A stretch of 64,000 nucleotides of DNA from a virus: positions 43,981 through 107,980 of IMG/VR virus record IMGVR_UViG_3300045049_000286, one strand, 5' to 3'. Positions 8,951-17,199 of the stretch are shown here, piece by piece. The stretch's first letter is position 1; every line of letters starts with the position of its first letter. The notes under the pieces were generated by a model. It was given only the letters and a program-made list of their open reading frames with translations. It was not told the origin of the DNA and searched no databases. The position numbers and the translations under genes were made by a program.

Positions 8951-8997
8951 TGCGCCGTGCCCGGAATCGAACCGGGCAGCTTCCCTCGTGACGGCGC
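8951..8997 (-). ncRNA. minimal tRNA-like element (acceptor-type stem plus T-arm, no anticodon arm)
   Basis: GCGCCGT/ACGGCGC stem enclosing GCCCGG-TTCGATT-CCGGGC; intergenic. Confidence 0.5.
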
Positions 8998-9024
8998 CCG
9001 CTATTCAGTTGTTGGTCCTGCGTC

Positions 9025-9537
9025 TCACGCGTCCCACTCCGTCTTCCACAGGAACTCGTCGAAGTGCTCGCCGAGGAACTGGCGCACCCTGATGGTCTGG
9101 GCGGTGTGGATGGTGAACAGGTCGTATGCCCGCGCCAGCTCGGCTGCGGTGATCTGGCCTAGGTCGCCGAACCAGTTGCTGACCCAGTCGTTGTAGTTGC
9201 CCTGGGCGTTGATGATGTCGACCGTCTGGTGGCAGACGGTCTGGACCAGCTCGTAGACGTCGGGCTGCTCGTTGTCCTGGTAGGCCGCCGACGATCCCTG
9301 GTTCTGCACGATCATCGTGCGGCCGGTGTAGTTGGACAGGCCGATGATCTCGCCCTCGTCGCGGTCCTCGATCGGGCTCGGCAGGTAGAGGTCGGGCGCG
9401 TCGGTGTCGGCGGGGAAGCACAGCACGCTGATCCACTCGTGGTGCTTGCGGCCGTCGGCCTCGCGTGTGGTGCCACCGTAGTAGTTCACGACGTAGATGC
9501 CGTGCTCGTCCACGCGCTCGCGAAGCGACTGGGTCAT
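9025..9537 (-). CDS. hypothetical protein
   Basis: 170 aa, GGAGG RBS. Confidence 0.8.
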   Translation of the reverse strand: MTQSLRERVDEHGIYVVNYYGGTTREADGRKHHEWISVLCFPADTDAPDLYLPSPIEDRDEGEIIGLSNYTGRTMIVQNQGSSAAYQDNEQPDVYELVQTVCHQTVDIINAQGNYNDWVSNWFGDLGQITAAELARAYDLFTIHTAQTIRVRQFLGEHFDEFLWKTEWDA

Positions 9538-9845
9538 GGGGTGGTGTCCTCCGAGTTCTGCTGGGCCTTCTGCTTGCGCAGCGCGTTGATCAGTTGCCGC
9601 ATGGTGCTGATCTCGTCCTCACGGGCCGCGATCATGTCGAACAGGGTCGAGATCTGGATGGAGTCGCCCGGCTGACGCTCGGGAACCGTCTCCGGCTCGT
9701 GGGCCTCAAGGTGCGCCACATAGGCGCGCTCGTCGGCGTCGCGCATCTGCTCGGTCCACCCGCTGATCGTGCGGGGGTCGGTCATCCGGTGCCGGCCGGC
9801 CTCGTCGTGCCAGTGCTTCGGTTCTCGGCCAGTAAGCCGAGTCAC
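9534..9845 (-). CDS. hypothetical protein, coiled-coil C-terminus
   Basis: Overlapping start/stop on both sides. Confidence 0.7.
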   Translation of the reverse strand: MTRLTGREPKHWHDEAGRHRMTDPRTISGWTEQMRDADERAYVAHLEAHEPETVPERQPGDSIQISTLFDMIAAREDEISTMRQLINALRKQKAQQNSEDTTP

Positions 9846-10207
9846 TGGCCCTGCTCCTCCGCCTCGGCGAGGGCCTCGGCGGTCAGCTCGGCCTCGACCA
9901 CGCGGCGGTACGGGCTGTGCTCATCGGCGTCGATCTGGCCGAGGTTCGCGAGATCGTTCCCGTCGCGGTCGTACAGAGTCGCGATGTAACCCTGCTCCGA
10001 GCCGTCGTGCACGTCGTCGTCGAACGGCTCCGGGTCCTCAGACCAGACCACGTACCAGTCGGCCGACAGACGGTGCAGCTCGGCCGCCGCAAGCGCACGC
10101 GCACCTCGGACGCGCCCCTCCTCCGGGGTCTCGGTCGCCGGGTCGTACGACGTCCCGGCGTGGTCGTAAAAGAACTGCTCGCGCTGGTCCAGCGCTGCTC
10201 CGCTCAC
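9842..10207 (-). CDS. hypothetical protein
   Basis: GTGA overlap, high GC3. Confidence 0.75.
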   Translation of the reverse strand: MSGAALDQREQFFYDHAGTSYDPATETPEEGRVRGARALAAAELHRLSADWYVVWSEDPEPFDDDVHDGSEQGYIATLYDRDGNDLANLGQIDADEHSPYRRVVEAELTAEALAEAEEQGQ

Positions 10208-10710
10208 TGCTGCTTCTCCTTGTTGATCTCGTCGGCGATCCGCTGCGCCGCCCCGGGCATCAGGGCGCCATCCTCGTCGTAGTCCTCTTCGCGGACCAAA
10301 GCCTCGACCTGCTCGCCGGTAACGACGATCTTGGCGTCGGGATGCCGGGCGTGCCAGGAACCATTGATGCCGTAGACCTCGGCTACACCGTCGTGCGCCA
10401 TCAGGGCGAGGGGCCCGGCCAGCGCAACCAGCTCGGTCACCTGCTCGGGCGTGACGGGCACCACGGGGTGCCGGTCGTCCAGCCACTGCTTGCAGCGGGC
10501 CACGAACGTGTCGTAGAGCTCGGGCCGGTTAGTGATGCCGGACTCCTGGTGGTGCAGGTTGATGCACTGGTCCCAGACGCGGCCGTTGACCTCCTGCCGC
10601 CCGATCTCGATCACCGAGGCCCCGACGGTTTGCTTGAACATCAGGTTGCTGGCCTTGTCGTACCACTCCATCGGCGCCAGCTCGCGGGGGTCGACGTAGT
10701 CGCCGCTCAT
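10204..10710 (-). CDS. hypothetical protein
   Basis: GAGGAG RBS, MSGDYVDP start. Confidence 0.75.
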   Translation of the reverse strand: MSGDYVDPRELAPMEWYDKASNLMFKQTVGASVIEIGRQEVNGRVWDQCINLHHQESGITNRPELYDTFVARCKQWLDDRHPVVPVTPEQVTELVALAGPLALMAHDGVAEVYGINGSWHARHPDAKIVVTGEQVEALVREEDYDEDGALMPGAAQRIADEINKEKQQ

Positions 10711-10907
10711 GTCTCCTCGATCGGTCGGATGGTGGCCTGGAGCGCCGGGCGGCGGGTGTAGCTCTCGCCGCACGGCTGGCACACCCGCTCGCTGACCGGC
10801 TCCCGCTCCCCCGTGTCGGGGTTGCGCTCGCTGTAGTCGAGCGTGTGCGTTGCGATACCGGTACACGTACCGCCATCGCCCCTGATTGTGGCGCATCGCA
10901 CTGTCAT
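10707..10907 (-). CDS. small Cys-containing hypothetical protein
   Basis: 66 aa, ATGA overlaps. Confidence 0.7.
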   Translation of the reverse strand: MTVRCATIRGDGGTCTGIATHTLDYSERNPDTGEREPVSERVCQPCGESYTRRPALQATIRPIEET

Positions 10908-11419
10908 CGGGCGGGCTCCTCGATCAGAACGCCGCGCTCGCGCAGCGCCTCGACGAGCGACTCGGCGTCGTTGTAAGCCTCCTTGAGCTTGTCGATCTCC
11001 TTGTCGTTGCTGTCGCCCATCGCCAGCTCCTCCAGCTCCTCGCTGTAGCCGCTCACCGTACGGGCGTACTCAGTGATGGACTGCCGGTCGGAGTAGCGAA
11101 GGTGCACCGAGTCGCGGGGCAGGAACTCGTTGCCATATGACTCGGCGACTTTGCGCCAGTAGAAGGCGCGCGCGGTGTCCTCGTCGTCGAAGTAGTCACC
11201 CTGGTCGGCGTCCAGTTTGCCGACCGCCCAGGCGCCGTGCTGGAGGTGGTCCCCGTGGGCCAGCAGGAGCACATCCCCGGCCGGGGTGAGGAACGAGTCC
11301 ACCACCGATCGGACGCCGTAGTCCTTGGCAACGGTGTAGCGCTCTCGCCACACGTCCCAGTACTCGTGCGGCTCGGCCTCGTAGGTCGGCTCGGGCATCT
11401 CGAAGTGCGGGCGCTGCAT
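10904..11419 (-). CDS. hypothetical protein
   Basis: GGAGG RBS, MQRPHF start. Confidence 0.75.
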   Translation of the reverse strand: MQRPHFEMPEPTYEAEPHEYWDVWRERYTVAKDYGVRSVVDSFLTPAGDVLLLAHGDHLQHGAWAVGKLDADQGDYFDDEDTARAFYWRKVAESYGNEFLPRDSVHLRYSDRQSITEYARTVSGYSEELEELAMGDSNDKEIDKLKEAYNDAESLVEALRERGVLIEEPAR

Positions 11420-11880
11420 CAGTAGACCTCCTCGGGTCGGAAGATCGAGAGCGGGTACAGGCCCCGGTCGGTGTACTCGTCGGGGCCGTGGCGCAGCTCG
11501 GCGGTGACGTTGCCGGTCTTGTAGCCCTCGTGGTCGACCTCGGCCGCCAGGACCACCCACCGGCTGTCCTCGGCGCGCAGGAACTCGCGGCCCACGGGGT
11601 CGATGACGTCGACCCACTCGTCGATCGCGTACTGGGTCATCGGGTACGGGACCGCTCCGGGGTGGTCGTAGGTGCCGGCCGCGCCGAGCGGGCCGATGTA
11701 GCAGCCGTCAGCGTCAGTCACGTCGATCGGGCGCGTGTCGCCGTGCGGCAGGATGGCGATCACGTACGCGGCGTGCGTGCGGTGGTCGAGGATTGCGGTT
11801 GCGTCCTTGCGGTCCAGGTCGGCGGCGGGCACCTCGGAGTCGTCGAGCTGGCGCAGCACGATCTTCGGGAACTGGATCAC
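11419..11880 (-). CDS. hypothetical protein
   Basis: GGGGAG RBS before GTG 11880. Confidence 0.75.
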   Translation of the reverse strand: MIQFPKIVLRQLDDSEVPAADLDRKDATAILDHRTHAAYVIAILPHGDTRPIDVTDADGCYIGPLGAAGTYDHPGAVPYPMTQYAIDEWVDVIDPVGREFLRAEDSRWVVLAAEVDHEGYKTGNVTAELRHGPDEYTDRGLYPLSIFRPEEVY

Positions 11881-11917
11881 GGGTCTCCCCTCTCGGTTGC
11901 GGGTGGACATGGAAAAG

Positions 11918-11970
11918 CGCCCGGTGCGGGAGTCGAACCCGCTTGCGCATCGCTGCACACCCTCCGGGCG
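11918..11970 (-). ncRNA. tRNA-like element (closing stem, GNRA hairpin, T-arm)
   Basis: CGCCCGG-AGGG-TGTGCA GCGA TGCGCA-A-GCGGG TTCGACT CCCGC-A-CCGGGCG; intergenic. Confidence 0.5.
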
Positions 11971-11975
11971 ACCCG

Positions 11976-12188
11976 TTACCGCCGGGCTGCGGTCTTGCGC
12001 TCGTGCTTCGCGACAGCCGCACGCCACGCGGCCTCGTCCTCGGCCCCATAGCCGTAGGCCGGGCCCCTGAAATAGAACGCATCGCGGAAGATGCCAGCGA
12101 TGTTGTAGTTGGCCGGGTCGCGGTCCTCCATCGTCAGCGTGTCCTTGATCACCTGGCGGACCTCAGCCACGCTCCCGTACCCGCTCAC
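11976..12188 (-). CDS. hypothetical protein
   Basis: GGAGG RBS, GTGA overlap. Confidence 0.7.
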   Translation of the reverse strand: MSGYGSVAEVRQVIKDTLTMEDRDPANYNIAGIFRDAFYFRGPAYGYGAEDEAAWRAAVAKHERKTAARR

Positions 12189-12646
12189 GCGCCGACCTCC
12201 TTCGGCTCGTGGGCCATGCGGCAGCCGGGGCACGTCACCGACGCGGTCAAGCCGTAGTAGCTGTGCCGGTCGCGGTCGGAGTCGGGGACCATCTCCCCGC
12301 ACATCGAAGCCGTGTGCGTGCCGCCGTCGCCGGAGAGCGCACCGAAGCGGGTCGCCGACAGCACGTGGACCGGGTTCTCTACCTGCTCCCAGATGGCAAC
12401 CTCGACGCGGTCCCGTCCCTCACTCGCCATGCGGCATGCGCAGATCTGCGAGGTGAACTCGTTGGGCCGCTGCCACACGCGCACCGACACCACGCGCCCA
12501 CACGAGCACGGTGACATCGTGGGTGCCTCACCGACCACGAACATGGGCTTCCACCTGCGGGCCAGGGGCACGCGCACCACCAGGCGCGCGCCGACGGGCA
12601 GCGCCTCGATCTCGTCCCACGTGGCCAGGGTGATGGTCTCGTTCAT
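12185..12646 (-). CDS. hypothetical protein with Cys clusters
   Basis: GGAGG RBS, MNETITL start. Confidence 0.75.
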   Translation of the reverse strand: MNETITLATWDEIEALPVGARLVVRVPLARRWKPMFVVGEAPTMSPCSCGRVVSVRVWQRPNEFTSQICACRMASEGRDRVEVAIWEQVENPVHVLSATRFGALSGDGGTHTASMCGEMVPDSDRDRHSYYGLTASVTCPGCRMAHEPKEVGA

Positions 12647-12654
12647 AGCGCCTC

Positions 12655-13026
12655 CTAGTAGCTGTGTCCGGCGGCCTGGAGCCAGTCCGCGAACCGGTCC
12701 AGGGTGTGGAGCGCGCGGCGCAGGTCGTCGTCGGTGCTGCCTTTGGTCACGCACTCGCGCACCATCTCGACCTCGAAGCTGTCGGGGTCGGGCTCACGCT
12801 GGCCCGAGCCAGGCGTGAAGATGTCGCGCGGCACCGGGGTACCGAAGTCGAACGTCAGCACCTCGGCCACCGCTCCGAGCCACATCAGACACCACCCCCA
12901 CTGGTCGTACGGGTCGTGGTTGAACCGGGCCTCGTACATCACGGCCTGGTAGCCGTTGTGGCCCTCCGGGCCGAAGGGGTAGACGCGTCGCGGATCACCA
13001 CCGCGCGGGTGCAGCTTTGTCTTCAC
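12655..13026 (-). CDS. hypothetical protein
   Basis: GTGA overlap, high GC3. Confidence 0.75.
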   Translation of the reverse strand: MKTKLHPRGGDPRRVYPFGPEGHNGYQAVMYEARFNHDPYDQWGWCLMWLGAVAEVLTFDFGTPVPRDIFTPGSGQREPDPDSFEVEMVRECVTKGSTDDDLRRALHTLDRFADWLQAAGHSY

Positions 13027-13406
13027 CGGAAAGGCTCTCCGTTCCAGTCGATGTCGCGGTTGGGGTCGAACGCGCGAATCCATGCGCGCGCGGTTTTTGT
13101 TGCGTCCTCGATGTCCCCGTTGAACGGCAGGGTGTCCAGCGACGCGTACGTGTAGTCGCACCACTCCTCGGTGCTGCCGGGGTCCTCGATGTCGCGGCAG
13201 ATCATGAACTCGGTCATAGCGTCGACGCCGAGCGAGTCGAGGTCGTGTTCCACGTCATCATTGAGTGGCGCGGACGCGTAGGCGTACACGTTGACCACGC
13301 GACCGGGCAGATCCGGATTGACGAACCGAACCGAGCACGCCTCGCCGAGCTGCTCGTCACCGTGTTGCCCGTCGTCGTCCATGATCGGTCCGTGCATGAC
13401 CCACAT
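13023..13406 (-). CDS. acidic hypothetical protein
   Basis: TGATG overlap, GGGAG RBS. Confidence 0.75.
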   Translation of the reverse strand: MWVMHGPIMDDDGQHGDEQLGEACSVRFVNPDLPGRVVNVYAYASAPLNDDVEHDLDSLGVDAMTEFMICRDIEDPGSTEEWCDYTYASLDTLPFNGDIEDATKTARAWIRAFDPNRDIDWNGEPFR

Positions 13407-13708
13407 CAGTCGGTCTCCCTCGGCGTGCCGTCCGCGTTCAGGCCGCGCCGGTAGCGCCGCTGGCCCTCCTTGAACGCCACCTTGAAGAGGCGCCACATGG
13501 CGAAACGCTTGGTCTGCTCGCGAGGGCTGATCCGGCCCGCTCGGAACAGGTCCACGGTGACGTCTGGGTCCATTTGGGCCGGATAGTGAATCTTCGAGAC
13601 GCCTTCACTGCCGTACGCCTCGACGTAGTTGGCGTGGTCCCATCCGTATTCCCAGCCCATCTCGTTCGCGCGCTGGGTCTCTTCCTCGGTGAGCTGCCAG
13701 TAGTCCAC
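13406..13708 (-). CDS. hypothetical protein
   Basis: 100 aa, GGAGG RBS. Confidence 0.75.
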   Translation of the reverse strand: MDYWQLTEEETQRANEMGWEYGWDHANYVEAYGSEGVSKIHYPAQMDPDVTVDLFRAGRISPREQTKRFAMWRLFKVAFKEGQRRYRRGLNADGTPRETD

Positions 13709-13711
13709 CGG

Positions 13712-13969
13712 TCAGTCCTCCGTCGTCGTGTCGGCCGAGACGACCGACGTGCCGTCTCCCCGGTATGCCGTGTACAGCCCGGCCTCACCGCAGGTGATCG
13801 GGAAACTGAACGGCCTGCCGTCCACGTAGAGTTGCGCCATGCGCGCGTCGCGGCCGGTGAGCCGCTCGACCCACGCTTCCTTACCTGCGACCTGCATGTG
13901 CATGCACACCTCGGAGTAGGGCAGCCGCACGTGGACCACATCGCCAGGCGCAACGAGAATCCGGCTCAC
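13712..13969 (-). CDS. hypothetical protein
   Basis: AAGGAGG RBS before GTG 13969. Confidence 0.75.
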   Translation of the reverse strand: MSRILVAPGDVVHVRLPYSEVCMHMQVAGKEAWVERLTGRDARMAQLYVDGRPFSFPITCGEAGLYTAYRGDGTSVVSADTTTED

Positions 13970-14049
13970 TTCCGAACCTCCTTGATTGAGTTGTGGATTG
14001 GGCGGAGAAAGGGCGAGGCCGCGCGGCCACACTCCGCGCGGCCCCGTAG

Positions 14050-14544
14050 TCAGCCGACGATCGGCCCGGCCACGGTGCTCTCGGGCTTCTTGCCGATGCC
14101 CCAGTCGCGCATGCGGCGCGGTAGCTGCACGCAGAGCGTGTCGTAGCTGATCAGTCGGTCTTCGTCGCCGCCGACGTAGACGATGGTGTAGGCGCCGTTC
14201 GGGTTGATCACCACGTCCTTGACGACCTTGAACGCGAACGCGTAGGCGTACGCGGGCTGCTGCGGACTCATGTACGACGGTTCCGGCTCCAGCCAGTACG
14301 CGCGAGACACCGCGAGCCCGATCAGCGCGCTGCGGTCGTACCAGGCGTCGGCCGGGCTGATGTAGAGGTAATGCCAGAACTTGGCACCCTCGGCCTCCAC
14401 GCGTCGGTGGTTCTTCCAGACGTTCGCGTAGTGGAACACGTCGTCACGAAGCCGAACGAGATCACGCGACCGTACGAACTGCTCCTTGTACCAGGCGAGT
14501 TCATCCTCGGCCGATGCGAACTCCGGGATCTCGGTGCCGGTCAT
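14050..14544 (-). CDS. hypothetical protein
   Basis: GGAGG RBS, MTGTEIP start. Confidence 0.8.
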   Translation of the reverse strand: MTGTEIPEFASAEDELAWYKEQFVRSRDLVRLRDDVFHYANVWKNHRRVEAEGAKFWHYLYISPADAWYDRSALIGLAVSRAYWLEPEPSYMSPQQPAYAYAFAFKVVKDVVINPNGAYTIVYVGGDEDRLISYDTLCVQLPRRMRDWGIGKKPESTVAGPIVG

Positions 14545-14705
14545 AGGCCCTCCCCAGGAAAATGCGCGCGCGAGTTTTGGTTGCGTCCGCGCGCCCTCAC
14601 GCCGCCGGACATTACCGGCGCGGTGTGACATTTCGGCAATGCAACACGCGACGCACAGCCGCGCCCGGCCACGTCCCCCGACCCGTGGCCCAGCGTGGCC
14701 CCACG

Positions 14706-15062
14706 TCAGGACGAAATGTGCTGCGCGAGCGCGGCCATCTGCGACAGCACGTCGGCGCGCCCGGACGCGAGGAACGCGCGCCGGTCGTTCGTGCTCATCG
14801 CGGACGGGTTGTACACGCGGTGCCGAATCTGCGTGGCCAACTCGTCCAGCGTGGCCGCGAGGGCGAGTCCGTCGCCCATCTCGTCGATCAGGTCGAGCAG
14901 TCCGCGCAACCGGTGCGTGTCCGAGCTGTCGATGTCGCCGCGCTCGGTGTAGTTGGCGGTCATCTCGTCGATTTGCTGGTTGATCTGGCCGAGGACGCTG
15001 CCGATCTCGTCCTCGGTGCGTTGGACGGCTGGCAGGTTGATCAGGTTTCGGGGACTGGTCAT
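14706..15062 (-). CDS. hypothetical helical protein
   Basis: AAGGAGG RBS, ATGA overlap. Confidence 0.75.
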   Translation of the reverse strand: MTSPRNLINLPAVQRTEDEIGSVLGQINQQIDEMTANYTERGDIDSSDTHRLRGLLDLIDEMGDGLALAATLDELATQIRHRVYNPSAMSTNDRRAFLASGRADVLSQMAALAQHISS

Positions 15063-15238
15063 GCGTTGACCTCCTTGATGGTGTGGGTCACGGGCAGGAT
15101 GGTGGGGCGCACCACGTTGAGGGGCGGCGTGCCGAACCACAGCGGGTTCAGCAGGTTGGGGCGCAGGATGATCAGGCCCGGCAGGTCCGCTCGCGCGAAC
15201 AGCTCGGCGGCGGTGCAATGGATCGCGGGCTTGATCAC
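15059..15238 (-). CDS. small hypothetical protein
   Basis: AAAGG RBS, GTGA overlap. Confidence 0.55.
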   Translation of the reverse strand: MIKPAIHCTAAELFARADLPGLIILRPNLLNPLWFGTPPLNVVRPTILPVTHTIKEVNA

Positions 15239-15384
15239 GTCGTGGCCTTTCGACGGGGGATCTTGCGGGTGGTGGCGCTGACGATGGCGCGGAATGCGTG
15301 GCGGTCGCGCGGCTGCCACAGGAGGTTCGGCCGTTGCTGGTCGCCGACCTTGACCGAGAGCGTGACGCGCGGGCAGCCGGTCAC
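15235..15384 (-). CDS. small hypothetical protein
   Basis: GTGA overlaps at both ends fill the gap exactly. Confidence 0.45.
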   Translation of the reverse strand: MTGCPRVTLSVKVGDQQRPNLLWQPRDRHAFRAIVSATTRKIPRRKATT

Positions 15385-15821
15385 ACCGCACGCCCCATCG
15401 GGGACAGGTGCAGCGGCATGACCCGTGCGGGCGCGGCCGGCGGGGCGCCGATCACGCTCTCGACGGGGTAGCGGTCGACGTGTGTCTCGATCTCCTCGCG
15501 CCGGTACAGACCCAGTCGCAGCAGTTCGGCGATGATTTCGCGCGCCCGGTCGTGCGTGACGTGCCTGCCGCCGAATGCGGGCTTCCACACCGTGTCCTTT
15601 CGGACCGGCTGACGCACCAGCACGGTGTAGGTCTGGCGGGTACCGATGCCGAACACCACCGCGCCGGTATCGGCATCGGCCACCCGAATGCCGTGCGGGT
15701 ACGCCTTCGGGAAGGACGCGTAGAGGTCCCGCGCCATGGCGATAGCGCTGACCTTGTTCAGCGCGCCGCCGTGGTGGCCCCATCGGTTCGGGTCGGTCGG
15801 GGCAATTTCGACGTGAAACAT
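15381..15821 (-). CDS. hypothetical protein
   Basis: GGGAG RBS, MFHVEIAP start. Confidence 0.7.
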   Translation of the reverse strand: MFHVEIAPTDPNRWGHHGGALNKVSAIAMARDLYASFPKAYPHGIRVADADTGAVVFGIGTRQTYTVLVRQPVRKDTVWKPAFGGRHVTHDRAREIIAELLRLGLYRREEIETHVDRYPVESVIGAPPAAPARVMPLHLSPMGRAV

Positions 15822-15829
15822 AACGCTCC

Positions 15830-16051
15830 CTACTGGACGTAGCTCGGTTCCCACAGGTAGCGGCTCGAATGGCGGTTGTTGGGGTCGAATCCCTGGCGCT
15901 TGCGGATCACACGCGTCATGCGGTCGGGCGTCTGCCGCGTGCGCTTGTGTGGCGCGTGCAGGTGCTGAAAGATGCGGGCCCGCTCGCGGTACGTGGCGCG
16001 CTTCCACGCCTCGAATGCGGCGTGGACTTCCTTGGGGCTCGGTCGACTCAT
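15830..16051 (-). CDS. small basic hypothetical protein
   Basis: 73 aa, ATGA overlap. Confidence 0.7.
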   Translation of the reverse strand: MSRPSPKEVHAAFEAWKRATYRERARIFQHLHAPHKRTRQTPDRMTRVIRKRQGFDPNNRHSSRYLWEPSYVQ

Positions 16052-16344
16052 TGGGTGTAATCCTCCTTCGGCACCATGCCGACGATGCGGAACGTGCAGC
16101 CGCGCAACTCGCCGCGCGCGGCCGTGGTCATGCGCGCGAAAGCGGCTTCGGCTTCCTCACGCGAATTGGCGCGCGTGGATTTGGTGAACGGGTAAGCGTC
16201 GTGCGGGGACGTCATGTCCGCGCACCAGACGTCTTTGATCCCCGCCAGGGTGAGACGCGCGCGCCGTTGCTCACGCGTCTCAGGTGCGCGGTGCGCGCGC
16301 ATGAACATATGGCGGGTGAGTCTGTACGCCTGGGCGTTCTTCAC
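16048..16344 (-). CDS. hypothetical protein
   Basis: 98 aa, GTGA overlap. Confidence 0.7.
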   Translation of the reverse strand: MKNAQAYRLTRHMFMRAHRAPETREQRRARLTLAGIKDVWCADMTSPHDAYPFTKSTRANSREEAEAAFARMTTAARGELRGCTFRIVGMVPKEDYTQ

Positions 16345-17198
16345 ACCTTCCCTCCCTGCATCTTGATCAACTGCTCGGCGCGGCGGATCTTGTCGTTCGC
16401 GCGTGCGACCTTTCGCGCGTCGCCCTTAGCGGCGTGACGCTCCGCGATAGCCGTTGCCAGCAGCGCGCGACCGGTTGCGATGAGTGCGTCACGCGCGCCT
16501 TGCTCGGCGCGCATCCGCTCGAACTCCACTGCCGCGCTCTGCTGCGCCGCGAGGTCCCTTTCCGCGCGCGTGCGGTCGCGTCGCGCGTTCATTCCGCGAC
16601 CGCGCACGAAAACCACGGGCTCAGAACTCTTCGGACGCTGCCCGCCCGGATTGCGCAAGTCGCGCACGCCGTAGGTTCGCGTCGTGCTCTGCTGCTTTCC
16701 CTCACCAGCGGGACGCTGGGCGCGGAACCACTCCTCACGCGCTTTCGGGTCGGCCGGAATTTCGGGCGCGGCCGTACTCTCGAAAACGTTGTGGCGCTCC
16801 GCGATGTCCGGGGCGGGCGTGGCCATGTCCGGCACGAAACCGGCGCGCGGACGCACACCAGCGGGCAGGCCACGGTTACCGCGCCCAGGACGGTTCGGCC
16901 GGTCACGGTCGCCCGGATAGGGATTGACGGAGGGAACGCGCACGGGCGAGTTTGCGCCGGGCGACGGGGCACCCTGGTAACGCATCAAACGGCCGTTGCG
17001 CGTGCGCTTGATCACGGGGGCAGGGTTCGGCACGTGGTCCGCACGCTCCGAAGCGGGAACGTTCGCAAGGGTGCCTTTCGGCAGCTTGCCTGCCAGCGCG
17101 TCACGAATCGGCGCAGCCATGACGAAATGGCTTGTCACTCCTGCGGTCGGCTCACTGGCAAGGCCCATGCGTGCCAGTTCGAAAGCGGAAAGCGGCAT
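16341..17198 (-). CDS. basic Pro/Arg-rich hypothetical protein, first gene of leftward block
   Basis: GAGGGG RBS before ATG 17198 (MPLSAFEL). Confidence 0.7.
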   Translation of the reverse strand: MPLSAFELARMGLASEPTAGVTSHFVMAAPIRDALAGKLPKGTLANVPASERADHVPNPAPVIKRTRNGRLMRYQGAPSPGANSPVRVPSVNPYPGDRDRPNRPGRGNRGLPAGVRPRAGFVPDMATPAPDIAERHNVFESTAAPEIPADPKAREEWFRAQRPAGEGKQQSTTRTYGVRDLRNPGGQRPKSSEPVVFVRGRGMNARRDRTRAERDLAAQQSAAVEFERMRAEQGARDALIATGRALLATAIAERHAAKGDARKVARANDKIRRAEQLIKMQGGKV

Positions 17199-17199
17199 A

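Noticed and set aside
8951-11970. Canonical tRNA genes
   Set aside because: T-arms are present, but there is no D-arm, no 7-nt anticodon loop and no CCA directly after the stem
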